This document shows positions 1-9,411 of a DNA stretch of 32,000 nt, in pieces; the first letter of the stretch is position 1, and each line of letters starts with the position of its first letter. The position numbers and the translations under genes are program-made. This stretch comes from Allobaculum fili. Lineage in GTDB: Bacteria > Bacillota_I > Bacilli_A > Erysipelotrichales > Erysipelotrichaceae. The stretch is taken from contig NZ_JAHDSX010000011.1 in assembly GCF_020969955.1 (NCBI RefSeq), positions 1 to 32,000 of the forward strand, in the 5' to 3' direction. Under the pieces are notes generated by a model. The model was not told the origin of the DNA. It saw nothing but the letters and a program-made list of their open reading frames with translations, and searched no databases.

Positions 1-36
1 CCGGATCCGAAGTATGAAGAAAACGATGAAGAATAA
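1..36 (+). CDS. 3' end of an unidentified CDS entering from the left edge (...PDPKYEENDEE*)
   Basis: Frame 1 is open from base 1 to TAA at 34-36. An inverted repeat cgggatc/gatcccg follows at 50-71. Only 11 codons are visible, so the product cannot be identified. Confidence 0.2.
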   Translation, partial: PDPKYEENDEE

Positions 37-258
37 AAAATACGCCAAGCGGGATCTCGAAAGGGATCCCGTTTAGCGTATCTAATATTCAGTCTCGCGT
101 ATACCCGTCGATTGTTTGACACTTACGAAACGAACCGCTCGCAAATCGTATCGAAATTCGTCGCAGGCCATCGAACCAGTCTGGATTCCATCGCCTGATG
201 GCAGGATGGTCTCCAGGAATTCATAGCGGATCAGGACCATCAGAAAAAGATGACTGCG

Positions 259-296
259 AAAAACGGTGCCCGTCCGTGAGGAAGAGCACCGTTTTG
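259..296 (-). terminator. Rho-independent terminator downstream of fba (hairpin usable in both directions)
   Basis: Stem acggtgc (263-269) / gcaccgt (286-292). On the minus strand the hairpin is followed by TTTTT (A-run 259-263 on plus); on the plus strand a T-run follows at 292-295. Confidence 0.6.
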
Positions 297-335
297 TTCT
301 GGGATTGTGCGGCCCGAAGGCCTTAGAGTGTTGAT

Positions 336-1202
336 TTACGCTTTGTATGCGGAACCAAGGAAGTCAGTTACGTAGTCTTCAACCAGTTTCTGGATTGCTT
401 CAGCACCTGGTTTGAGCAGTTTTCTCGGATCCCATCCTTTGTTGGTGAGGTCTTTGCCTTCTTCGATGTATTTACGTGTAGCGTCCGCAAATACGAGCTG
501 GCATTCAGTGTTGATGTTTACTTTGGAAACGCCGAGGACGATGGCTTCTTTAACCATTTCCTGTGGGATTCCGCTTCCGCCGTGGAGTACGAGAGGTTTG
601 CCCTCAGTTACTTTCTGGATTTCAGCCAGAACGTCGAAGTTCAGGCCAGCCCAGTTTGCAGGATATTTACCGTGGATGTTACCGATGCCGGCAGCCAGGA
701 AATCTACACCCAGATCAGCTACCGCTTTGCATTCTGCAGGATCAGCTACTTCGCCGGAAGAGATAACGCCGTCTTCTTCGCCGCCGATACCGCCGACTTC
801 GCACTCAATGGAGATTCCTTTGGAGTGAGCCAGTTCGATGAGTTCCTTGGATTTTTCGATGTTCTCTTCGATTGGATAGTGGCTTCCGTCGAACATTACA
901 GAAGTGAATCCAGCTTCGATGGCTTTTTTAGCGCCTTCGTAGGATCCGTGGTCGAGATGAATAGCTACAGGTACAGTGATGTTGTAGAATTCCATGATGT
1001 TTTTAACCATGTCTACAGCATTTTTGTATCCGCACATGTATTTAGCAGCACCTTCGGAAACGCCGAGGATGACAGGAGACTGTTTTGCTTCACAGCCAAG
1101 CAGAATGGCTTTGATCCATTCCATATTGTTGATGTTGAAGGCACCAATAGCGTAATGGCCTTCATGAGCTTTGTTGATCATTTCAGTAGCAGAAACTAAC
1201 AT
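336..1202 (-). CDS. fba: Fructose-1,6-bisphosphate aldolase, class II
   Basis: 288-aa ORF. The translation shows class II FBA hallmarks (GAFNINNMEW, VAIHLDHGS, GNIHGKY, LHGGSG). GGAGGA (1211-1216) lies 8 nt upstream of the ATG at 1202. Confidence 0.95.
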   Translation of the reverse strand: MLVSATEMINKAHEGHYAIGAFNINNMEWIKAILLGCEAKQSPVILGVSEGAAKYMCGYKNAVDMVKNIMEFYNITVPVAIHLDHGSYEGAKKAIEAGFTSVMFDGSHYPIEENIEKSKELIELAHSKGISIECEVGGIGGEEDGVISSGEVADPAECKAVADLGVDFLAAGIGNIHGKYPANWAGLNFDVLAEIQKVTEGKPLVLHGGSGIPQEMVKEAIVLGVSKVNINTECQLVFADATRKYIEEGKDLTNKGWDPRKLLKPGAEAIQKLVEDYVTDFLGSAYKA

Positions 1203-1463
1203 AACTCAAATCCTCCTTGTGATTAACGTCTTTAGTTTACCGCACTCCAAAATATAATTAAAGACAATTCCCTTTTGGCGAATCGGGCAGAAGGACGAAA
1301 ATGGCCGAAAACTCATATCGTCCAATTCTTTTCCATCTGTACAGAAGCCAGGCGATCTGTACGGATCACCTGGCTTGATTTGTCCTTAAAAGTATGGGCA
1401 GAGAAAGCACATTCCGTATTGCGACACCTGGCTTTTCTTCTGTTCAGCAGCGTTGCAGAACGC

Positions 1464-2396
1464 TTATAGCGTACCGCCGGTCGGACGGCGCGAACTGCCC
1501 ATCAGCTGGACGGGTCTGGCCAGCGTATTGACGCGTTCCATCAGGCGTTTGGCCGCAACGAGGGTATACTCGCCGGCGTTGGAAACGGCGTAGCGCTCTT
1601 CGAGTTCCTGCGGGGAAATGTTGCTGGCGAAGTACGTTTTTCGCTTCGCGTTCATGCGCTCATCGAGCACCGGGAAGAGAATTTCGTCCCGGGTCCACTG
1701 GGTCACGGATTCACTGCCAAAATCATCGAGAAACAGAACGTCCGCAAAGCGCATGCGGCCAAGGATCGTCCGCCGCCACTCTTCGTCGCTGAGGTTGTCC
1801 TTGAGTTCGCTCATGAGCAGCGGCACGCGCACAAACACGACTTTCTTTCCGTTCTGCGCATACTGATTGGCCAGCGCCATCATCATCGTGCTCTTGCCCG
1901 TTCCCGGCTGCCCGAAAAACAGGCAGCCCATGGGGGCGTTAAAGGAACGCAGCGCCGACGTGTACGCGTTGATATAGTGCTGCGGCTCCCGGTCCATCGT
2001 CTCTTCCAGTTTTTCCAGCGTGACCAGATAGTCGTCATCCTGCAGGTGCGAAACCGTAAAGTTCGAACGATGCGCCAGTTTTGCCGTCTTCTGGTTCTGA
2101 TAGCGGCAGGGACCGTAGTATTCCACAAGCATCCCCTGATCATCCACTTCCATCAGCGCCGACTGTCCAGGCACTTTCATGCGGCAAAACTGCAGGCCCT
2201 TGCAGGAGCGGCAAATCTGCGTATTGCGCGCGTAGCGGTCCAGACGGCTCGACTGCGTTTCGAGAATGGAGGGGTCGAGATGATAGCGGCTCAGAAAATT
2301 CTGAACATCGCCATTTTGTAAAAGCAAACGGATGCGTTCAGCCCGGGCGGCCTTCTGCTTTTCGTTCAGCTCCACTTCAAGTTTCATTTTCTTCAT
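1464..2396 (-). CDS. dnaI: Primosomal helicase-loader DnaI (AAA+)
   Basis: ATG at 2396 (MKKMKLEVEL...) with GGAGGA at 2401-2406. The ORF-track start at 2555 is an unsupported upstream extension. It has an N-terminal Cys cluster (CRSCKGLQFC...C), Walker A GQPGTGKST and Walker B LFLDDFG, and sits directly after dnaB as in Bacillus. Confidence 0.85.
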   Translation of the reverse strand: MKKMKLEVELNEKQKAARAERIRLLLQNGDVQNFLSRYHLDPSILETQSSRLDRYARNTQICRSCKGLQFCRMKVPGQSALMEVDDQGMLVEYYGPCRYQNQKTAKLAHRSNFTVSHLQDDDYLVTLEKLEETMDREPQHYINAYTSALRSFNAPMGCLFFGQPGTGKSTMMMALANQYAQNGKKVVFVRVPLLMSELKDNLSDEEWRRTILGRMRFADVLFLDDFGSESVTQWTRDEILFPVLDERMNAKRKTYFASNISPQELEERYAVSNAGEYTLVAAKRLMERVNTLARPVQLMGSSRRPTGGTL

Positions 2397-3570
2397 GGCT
2401 TCCTCCTTCGAGCAGCTGGCGGCGCAGATCCTTGGCGGCCTGTACGCTTTCCGCCGTGCTCTTTTCGGTTGGAATCGTATCGTACCAGTCCGGCAGAGCT
2501 TTCTTCGGGGCGCCCCGACGGCCTTTGCCTTTGGCCAAACTGGTTCGGCTGTCAAAGTTTTCGAGATACGCTAAAGCGTCTTTTCGCGTATTGATTTTCG
2601 CACGCAGCAGGTTATTGGCCATGGTGCGCACGTAGCCAGTCGAAAACGCGCCGGATTTCTGGTTCATGCAGTATTCGGTGAGCGTGTTGATCACTTCAAA
2701 CGGCATGTGCTTGTCTTCGGCCAGCGAAGTGAGCAGCTTCTTTTCCGAAGGCAGAATATCCACGTTTTCGGGCTGTCTGGCTTTCAGGAAGGATACCGGC
2801 GACTGCATAAAGTCATCCGGATCCGTTTCCATAATCTTGCGGCTCTTATTGAGTTCTTCGATCACCGCATCAAAATCGATCCACGTTTTCCGATCCTTGA
2901 GATGCCGGCTGATAAAAGGGCGGATATCGAGTTCGCCCATTCCGTACAAAGTCGCCAGATGCGCGATCCGGGCCATATTTTCCCGGCTGCGCAGGCGCTG
3001 GGGAAAGACGTTTTGCATACCCTGGAAAAAGACGCCCCAGTCAAAAGGATAAGCATTGATGTCGTGGTAGTCGCTGACTGCCGATTTCAGTTCTTCTTCC
3101 TTTTTCTGATTCCAGCTCGTTTCCAGATTTTGTACGGAAACGTTGCCTTCGAGCGGCTTGAACGTGCCTTTGACCTGTCTTGGCGGACGCAGGCGCTCGA
3201 GCCGTTCAATGGCTTCCTTTCCCGCCTGTTCAAAAAACACGCGGCTGAAATACGGATCTTCCAGAAACGCGGCCTGATCCTTCGGCGCTTCCACGAGCAG
3301 ACCGCAAAGCGCATCGTTTTCGACATACTGACGAACGAGCGCACTTTCTTCCAGCTTTTTCAGACTGCTTTCCAGCATCGACGAACTGCATCCGCTTAAC
3401 GCTTCCAGATCGTCCAGATCGAGCGTGGAAGACAGCTGGCCGGCAATGATCAGAAACTCATAGACCAGCGACGCCTGCGCGCCGAGAATCGGGCGATAGA
3501 GCAGCTGCAGATCCGCGAGCCAGTGCTGCGAAAGCGTATAGGGGATGGAAATTTCAATGCTGCGGCTCAT
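2377..3570 (-). CDS. dnaB: Replication initiation and membrane attachment protein (Firmicute DnaB, DnaD-domain family)
   Basis: ATG at 3570 (MSRSIEISIPYTL...) overlaps the coaE stop as ATGA. The C-terminal region (...SPVSFLKARQ...EVINTLTEYCM...GYVRTMANNLL) resembles the DnaB_2/DnaD repeat. Position between coaE and dnaI fits the call. The track start at 3663 is an extension into coaE. Confidence 0.75.
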   Translation of the reverse strand: MSRSIEISIPYTLSQHWLADLQLLYRPILGAQASLVYEFLIIAGQLSSTLDLDDLEALSGCSSSMLESSLKKLEESALVRQYVENDALCGLLVEAPKDQAAFLEDPYFSRVFFEQAGKEAIERLERLRPPRQVKGTFKPLEGNVSVQNLETSWNQKKEEELKSAVSDYHDINAYPFDWGVFFQGMQNVFPQRLRSRENMARIAHLATLYGMGELDIRPFISRHLKDRKTWIDFDAVIEELNKSRKIMETDPDDFMQSPVSFLKARQPENVDILPSEKKLLTSLAEDKHMPFEVINTLTEYCMNQKSGAFSTGYVRTMANNLLRAKINTRKDALAYLENFDSRTSLAKGKGRRGAPKKALPDWYDTIPTEKSTAESVQAAKDLRRQLLEGGSHEENET

Positions 3571-4250
3571 TTTATCTCGCCCGCTTTCGCATTCGTTTTC
3601 CCCGGATTCGCCGGCTTTGCCAAATTCGGCGCCGAAGCTGGCTGATCCTGCGTAAAGCTGCAAGCCAGGCGAACGCTGTCCGGCAGCAGCGCCTCAATTT
3701 GCGCGGCAAGTTCTTCCTTTGTTCCGTCGTTTGGAAGCACATGCGTACTCTGCGCCATTTTCTTTTCGGCTGGAAACTGAAGAGCCAGACGGCGCCGGGC
3801 TTCTTCAGCCGGAATATGACGGTATTTTTCCACACGATCGAGAGCCGTCTGGTCGCTGCACGTAATCGTCCAGACTTCGTCGAACAGATTTTGCAGGGAA
3901 CATTCGAAAAGCAGAGGCACTTCCGCTGCGCAAAGCGAAGTCTGTGCATCAATCCACTGTTTCAGCTCTTCGATAATGAGCGGATGCAAAATGGCTTCCA
4001 TTTTCTTTCGCTGCCCGGGATGGTCAAACATCTGATCGGCCATTGCCTTGCGATCGACATTTCCCTCTTCATCCGTGCAAAGAAGCCCTGCATCGTTCAG
4101 GGCGGCATAGCCGGCCTGATCTTTCTCAAGCAGTCTGGCGTTGATCTGATCGCAGTCAGTTACAGGAATCCAGGCAGAGAGAATTTCCTTGGCCATGCTT
4201 TTTCCGGATCCCATCGTTCCGGTAATTCCGATTACTTTTCTTTCTGACAT
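3567..4250 (-). CDS. coaE: Dephospho-CoA kinase
   Basis: Start at MSERKVIGITGTMGSGKS (P-loop). The length and the ...ILHPLI... region are typical of CoaE, and the mutM-coaE synteny is conserved. The track start at 4310 is an extension into mutM. Confidence 0.9.
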   Translation of the reverse strand: MSERKVIGITGTMGSGKSMAKEILSAWIPVTDCDQINARLLEKDQAGYAALNDAGLLCTDEEGNVDRKAMADQMFDHPGQRKKMEAILHPLIIEELKQWIDAQTSLCAAEVPLLFECSLQNLFDEVWTITCSDQTALDRVEKYRHIPAEEARRRLALQFPAEKKMAQSTHVLPNDGTKEELAAQIEALLPDSVRLACSFTQDQPASAPNLAKPANPGKTNAKAGEIK

Positions 4251-5080
4251 GTTGGACAGTACCAGGTGCTGCGCTGGCCGACGCGCGTATGCACAATCGG
4301 CGTATCGCAAAGGGCGCAGTCACCTTCCTTTCCGTGAACCATCAGACTATCCTGATAGCTTCCTGCATGGTTTTTCCCATAGGAAAAGCTTCGAATGGTC
4401 GTTCCGCCCGCTTCGATGGACGAGCTTAAAATGCGGCGCGTCGCATCGATAATCGCCTGCCAGTCTTCTTTGGACAGGTGACTTGTGACGCTGAACGGCG
4501 AAATCCGGCTTTCAAACAGGATTTCATCCGCGTAAATGTTGCCGATGCCCGCGATGACGGACTGATCCAGCAAAACGGATTTGATGGGCGCTTTCCGTTT
4601 GCGGGTCATTTCCAGCAGCTCTTCGGCATTCAGATCGGGATCGAGCGCGTCTTTGCCCACCCCGACTAAAACCGGCAGATCCTTCCAGTTTTCCGGCCGG
4701 TCATACACGTACATACGGCCAAACTTGCGGGTATCCCGATAGCACAGCACCCGCCCGTCCTGCAAAAGGAACTGCGCGTGAATGTGCTTAGCCTCCTTTT
4801 CGTCGAGGTCATCGACGTCTTTTGGCGACGGATAAATCTGAAACTTGCCTTCCATGCGCAGATGGCTGACCAGATCCAGATTGTCGAGTTCAAAGACGAG
4901 ATACTTGCCCAGCCTGTGAAAGCCGCGAAAGCGCTGACCGGCCAGCCGGCTTTCAAACTGTTCGACCGGCAGATTGGCGGCCAGTTTCGGATGCGTGACT
5001 TTGACGCGCTCGATCTGGCTGCCTTTTAATTCTTCTTCGAGGTACTGCAGAACGTTCTGCACTTCTGGTGCTTCCGGCAT
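4232..5080 (-). CDS. mutM: Formamidopyrimidine-DNA glycosylase (Fpg/MutM)
   Basis: Has the N-terminal MPEAPEV catalytic motif and a C-terminal zinc finger CALCDTPIVHTRVGQRSTWYCPTC. The ATG shares one base with the polA TAA (TAATG at 5078-5082). Confidence 0.9.
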   Translation of the reverse strand: MPEAPEVQNVLQYLEEELKGSQIERVKVTHPKLAANLPVEQFESRLAGQRFRGFHRLGKYLVFELDNLDLVSHLRMEGKFQIYPSPKDVDDLDEKEAKHIHAQFLLQDGRVLCYRDTRKFGRMYVYDRPENWKDLPVLVGVGKDALDPDLNAEELLEMTRKRKAPIKSVLLDQSVIAGIGNIYADEILFESRISPFSVTSHLSKEDWQAIIDATRRILSSSIEAGGTTIRSFSYGKNHAGSYQDSLMVHGKEGDCALCDTPIVHTRVGQRSTWYCPTCQKEK

Positions 5081-7656
5081 TATTTGGCCTCGTACCAGCT
5101 GCGGCCGGTGCTGACGCTCGCTTCGAGCGGAACGCGCAGTTCCATCGCGTGATCCATGACTTCCGGAATCAGATGTTCCATCAGCTCTTTTTCCTCATCA
5201 GGAACGAGGAAAATGAGTTCGTCATGAATCTGAAGAAGCATCTGCGACTTCAGATTTCGTTTCTGGATTTCTTCATTCATGTGCAGCATGGCGATCTTGA
5301 TCAGATCGGCAGCCGATCCCTGAATCGGCGCGTTCATGGCGGCGCGCTTTCCAAATTCACGGGTCATGAAGTTCTTATCGAGAATTTCCGGAATTTCGCG
5401 GCGGCGATGCAGGAGCGTTTCCACATAGCCGTGCTCTTCGCAAAACGCAATCAGGCCGTCCATGAACCGGTGGATATTCGGGTAGTTGGCAAAGTAGGCC
5501 TTAATGAAGTTTTTCGCCTGAAGACGCGAAATTTTCAGCTCCTGCGAAAGGCCGAATTCCGTCTGGCCGTAAATGATGGCGAAGTTGACGGTCTTGGCGA
5601 TGCGGCGCTGGTCTTCCGTAACGTCTTCCGGCTTTTCATCGAAAATGACGGAAGCGGTCCGCTTATGAATATCGATGCCTTCTTCAAACGCCTGAATCAT
5701 GTATTCTTCGTTGGCCATATGCGCCAGCATCCGCAGTTCAACCTGCGAATAGTCTGCGGAAATGAGCCAGTGGCCAGATGGCGCGACGAACGCCTTGCGG
5801 ATTTCCTTGCCTTCCTCATTGCGAATGGAAATGTTCTGCAGGTTCGGGCTGGAGGAAGACAGACGGCCGGTCTGCGTCATTGTCTGGTTGAACGTCGTAA
5901 AGATCTTGCCGTCGATAATGTTTTTGGTCAGACCGTCCACGTACGTGCTGACGATTTTGGCGTATTTGCGGTATTCGAGCACTTCATCCACGATCGGATG
6001 GAGCGGACGCATTTTTTCAAGAACTTCAGCTGCGGTGGACCGCTTGGTTCCGCCGCCTTTTAATTTCAGCTCATCAAAGAGAACGGTACCGAGCTGCTTG
6101 GGCGATGTGATCTTGAATTCATGGCCGGCGTATTTATAAATGCGCGCAGCGATTTCGTCCATGCGCTTTTCGTATTCTTCGCCGATCTGCGCCAGAATCG
6201 AAGCGTCGCAGTCAATGCCGCGGCATTCCATTTCAAACAGAACGCGTGCCAGCGGAAACTCGATGTCCTGATACAGCTTCATCTGGTTTTCTTCTTCAAG
6301 TTCCCTGAAAATGCCGTCGTGCTGCTGCTTCATGCCAAGCAGCCACGCGCCAAAGACGGGCACCGCCCGTTCGGCGGTAAAGCCGCCTTTGGTTTTCTTT
6401 TCCAGATCTTTCAGAGGCATAGGCAGAATGATGCCGCTTGCCTGAATGAGGCTTTCGGTATTGATCGCCTGCGAGTGCAGCAGGAACGACGCCAGATGCA
6501 CATCCTGCGCAAAGTCAGGAAGCGAGAAACCATACCGGTCGAGCAGATGCCAGAATTCCTTGACGTCCCACGTAATGAGGGTGGAATCGTGTTCGAGCAG
6601 CGAGCGGAACGCGGCGTCTTCTTTTGCCTTTTCCAAAGGAAGGTAATGAATGGTATTGTCCACGAGATAGACGAAGCCAAAAAGCGTCTGTGTCTTAAAC
6701 GGGGCAAAATCGGCGACCGGCATCAAATAGAGCGATGCATTTTCCTGCCCGGCAAACTGTTCGTCGGTAATAATTTCGAGTTTTTTCTGGACGCCCGAAG
6801 CAGCTTTCATGCGCGAGAGCAGCGACTGCATTTCGTATTTCTGATAGAAATCTTCCGCGCTGTCGGCATCGCCGTTCCAGGCGAGCGACGCCAGATCAAA
6901 CGGCAGTTTCATCTCCGTAAAGATGGTTGCCATTTCCTTGGAAAGAAACGCCGAATCGCGGCCTTCTTCCAGATATTCGTGACGCTTGCCTTTAATCTCA
7001 TCGAGATGGTCATACACGCCTTCTACGCTGGCATACTTATGGAGCAGGGTCAGCGCGGTCTTTTCGCCGATGTGGAACACGCCGGGAATGTTATCGGACG
7101 GGTCGCCCATCAGCCCTTTCAGATCGATGATCTGTTTCGGTGCGAGTCCATAGCGCTCCCAGACTTTGGCCTTGTCGTAAACGTCAAAGTCATTGAGTCC
7201 CTTTTTCATCATGTAGACCGTCGTGGAATCGTCGACGAGCTGCAGAAGGTCCTTATCGCTTGTCAGAATGACGGTATCCATGCCGGCGTTGCCTTTGGCG
7301 GCACTGCCGATGATGTCGTCGGCTTCATAGCCTTCTTCTTCATAGCGGGGAATGCCGGCGGCATCGAGATATTCGCGCACGATCGGCATCTGCACTTTCA
7401 GTTCTTCATCAAGCTCTTTACGGGTGCCTTTGTAGTCCGGCATCTTTTCATGCCGGAACGTCGGCTTGCCCGCGTCCCAGGCGACCAGAACGGCGTCCGG
7501 CTGAACGAGCGAAATGGCTTTGTGAAAAAGCGAAATGAATCCGAAGACCGCATTGGTCGGCACGCCGCCCGACGTGCTCATCGGATTCGAATTAATTGTG
7601 GAATAGTAGGTACGAAAGAGAACGGAATTTCCGTCCACCAGAAGCAGTTTTTTCAT
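5080..7656 (-). CDS. polA: DNA polymerase I
   Basis: 858 aa with an N-terminal 5'-nuclease domain. Family A motifs are present: A (LISADYSQVELRMLAH), B (RRIAKTVNFAIIYG) and C (LLQIHDELIF). The central exo-like region has no obvious DxE ExoI motif, as in Bacillus-type Pol I. Confidence 0.97.
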   Translation of the reverse strand: MKKLLLVDGNSVLFRTYYSTINSNPMSTSGGVPTNAVFGFISLFHKAISLVQPDAVLVAWDAGKPTFRHEKMPDYKGTRKELDEELKVQMPIVREYLDAAGIPRYEEEGYEADDIIGSAAKGNAGMDTVILTSDKDLLQLVDDSTTVYMMKKGLNDFDVYDKAKVWERYGLAPKQIIDLKGLMGDPSDNIPGVFHIGEKTALTLLHKYASVEGVYDHLDEIKGKRHEYLEEGRDSAFLSKEMATIFTEMKLPFDLASLAWNGDADSAEDFYQKYEMQSLLSRMKAASGVQKKLEIITDEQFAGQENASLYLMPVADFAPFKTQTLFGFVYLVDNTIHYLPLEKAKEDAAFRSLLEHDSTLITWDVKEFWHLLDRYGFSLPDFAQDVHLASFLLHSQAINTESLIQASGIILPMPLKDLEKKTKGGFTAERAVPVFGAWLLGMKQQHDGIFRELEEENQMKLYQDIEFPLARVLFEMECRGIDCDASILAQIGEEYEKRMDEIAARIYKYAGHEFKITSPKQLGTVLFDELKLKGGGTKRSTAAEVLEKMRPLHPIVDEVLEYRKYAKIVSTYVDGLTKNIIDGKIFTTFNQTMTQTGRLSSSSPNLQNISIRNEEGKEIRKAFVAPSGHWLISADYSQVELRMLAHMANEEYMIQAFEEGIDIHKRTASVIFDEKPEDVTEDQRRIAKTVNFAIIYGQTEFGLSQELKISRLQAKNFIKAYFANYPNIHRFMDGLIAFCEEHGYVETLLHRRREIPEILDKNFMTREFGKRAAMNAPIQGSAADLIKIAMLHMNEEIQKRNLKSQMLLQIHDELIFLVPDEEKELMEHLIPEVMDHAMELRVPLEASVSTGRSWYEAK

Positions 7657-7854
7657 AGAAACACCTCATATTCGATTTTATCATGATCCGCCCATGACCT
7701 TGTTCTCATCCTGTCCGTACAGAACGTATCCGAACAGGATACCTTTCCTCAGGTTTTCTCCGTTTCCAAAGATCGGACCATTATCCGATCTCTTTTCCGA
7801 TCTCTTTTCCAGTCTCTCCCCTGAAAAAGCAAACCGCCCCCCTGAAAAAACAAA

Positions 7855-7904
7855 CAGAAAAGCCATCCGGCAAAAGGAGAAATTTCCTTAGCCCGATGGC
7901 TTTT
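7855..7904 (-). terminator. Rho-independent terminator after mreD
   Basis: Arms aaaagccatc (7858-7867) / gatggctttt (7895-7904). On the minus strand the hairpin is followed by TTTTCTGTTTG. It lies 30 nt past the mreD stop. Confidence 0.5.
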
Positions 7905-7933
7905 GCATTTTTCTAATTACAGCTTTTTCCTAA

Positions 7934-8521
7934 TTACAGCTTTCTGGGATGGTTGCGGTTTGGCGTTCTGACTTTCGAGGCCAGCGAAGGCACTTTGTTG
8001 CGGGGGACAAAGCGGGACTGAAACAGGGCCCAGCGTACGATAACCAGATCGATGTAAAACACCAGAATGACGGACAGAGACGAAAAAATCAGCGTCAGCA
8101 GTTCGAAATGGTAAAACCAGGAAAGCAGGGACACTGAAAGACGTCCGGTGCTTTCCATCAGGAAATACGTAAACAGATCCCCCATAAACAGCAGGAAAAT
8201 GAGCCAGACTGTTCTTCGTTCGCTCGATTTGAGCCAGACCGGAAAAAGACCGCCAAGCCAGGCCATGATCGGAAAGGAAAACGTGCAGGCCGGAAACGTA
8301 CCGGTAACGAGTCCGTCGTAACAAAGTCCTGCTAACATCCCGACCAGAATACGGGTCAGCCACGGCTTGTCATGGGTGTACACCATCACGCCGATCAGAT
8401 AGAAATGCCAGATGACGGAGAGCGACTGAAAGGTAAAGTCGAGGGGCAGCGTATAGGCGAGCATGGAATCGAGCATCCCCAGAATAAAGAAGCCGCCGAC
8501 AATTGCGTAGGGCTTCTTCAT
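7934..8521 (-). CDS. mreD: Rod shape-determining protein MreD (polytopic membrane protein)
   Basis: 195-aa protein with about 5 hydrophobic segments. Its ATG overlaps the mreC TGA (ATGA at 8518-8521). The call is by position after mreC and by membrane character; no strong motif supports it. Confidence 0.6.
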   Translation of the reverse strand: MKKPYAIVGGFFILGMLDSMLAYTLPLDFTFQSLSVIWHFYLIGVMVYTHDKPWLTRILVGMLAGLCYDGLVTGTFPACTFSFPIMAWLGGLFPVWLKSSERRTVWLIFLLFMGDLFTYFLMESTGRLSVSLLSWFYHFELLTLIFSSLSVILVFYIDLVIVRWALFQSRFVPRNKVPSLASKVRTPNRNHPRKL

Positions 8522-9357
8522 TGTTCCGGCGTTCCTTCCGTAAAGATGCTGACGTAGGTGAAGCCGTTCATGTTGTCGACCGGTTCGACATAAATCGTGG
8601 AAACGATCGCGTCGTCATTCACGACCGAAGACGTAACGGTCCCGATCATCAGACCCGCCGCGTATTGGCCGCCTTTCTGGGAGGTAGCCACTTTCTGTCC
8701 GGGCAGAACGATGGCTTCGTGATCAAAGAGAAGCACTTCGTAGCGGTTCTGGCTGGCGTCATAGCCGCGCAGAACGCCTTCGACCGTCGTTCCGTCGTCC
8801 ATCGAAATCTGCACCGTAATGTCGTTGGGCAGTTCGTTTCCGGTCAGCAGGGCCACAACCGATGTCGTATCCTGTACGCTTTCGACCAGGCCGACGACGC
8901 CCTGGCTCGATACAACGAGCATGCCCTTTTCGACGCCGCTTGCGCTGCCGGCGGAAACGGTCACGCTCTGATTCCAGGCCTGAACGGGACGGCTGATCAC
9001 TTCGCAGCTGATCTGCTTCGCGTCTGGCATCGCGTTTTTCAGCTCCAGCAGGCCCTGCAGTTCCAGATTGCGGTTGCGTTCCTGGGCATACAGCGTCTGG
9101 TAGGAGCGCTGGTTGGCCAGTTCGTCATTAAGATACGTATTGTCCTGGTACACATGCCAGAGATTGGAAAAATCGCTGACCGCGTTCGCCGCGGAAGTCA
9201 GCGGCTTATCAAACAGGCCATAGCGCAAATACGTCCACGCGCTGTAGCCGATATTGGAAATGGAATTCTGACGTACGGAAAGCATCAGGCATCCGAACAG
9301 AAAGAAAACAGAAATAAAAAGAATGAGAATTCTCTGCAGTTTGGTAAATCGTCGCAT
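8518..9357 (-). CDS. mreC: Rod shape-determining protein MreC
   Basis: 279 aa. It has an N-terminal TM segment, a coiled-coil (NDELANQRSYQTLYAQERNRNLELQ) and a beta-rich domain (GMLVVSSQGVVGLVESV...) typical of MreC. Confidence 0.85.
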   Translation of the reverse strand: MRRFTKLQRILILFISVFFLFGCLMLSVRQNSISNIGYSAWTYLRYGLFDKPLTSAANAVSDFSNLWHVYQDNTYLNDELANQRSYQTLYAQERNRNLELQGLLELKNAMPDAKQISCEVISRPVQAWNQSVTVSAGSASGVEKGMLVVSSQGVVGLVESVQDTTSVVALLTGNELPNDITVQISMDDGTTVEGVLRGYDASQNRYEVLLFDHEAIVLPGQKVATSQKGGQYAAGLMIGTVTSSVVNDDAIVSTIYVEPVDNMNGFTYVSIFTEGTPEQ

Positions 9358-9411
9358 ACGTTCGCCCTCCGGATTTGTCTCATTATACCGGATTTTGAAA
9401 GCGTACGGCGG

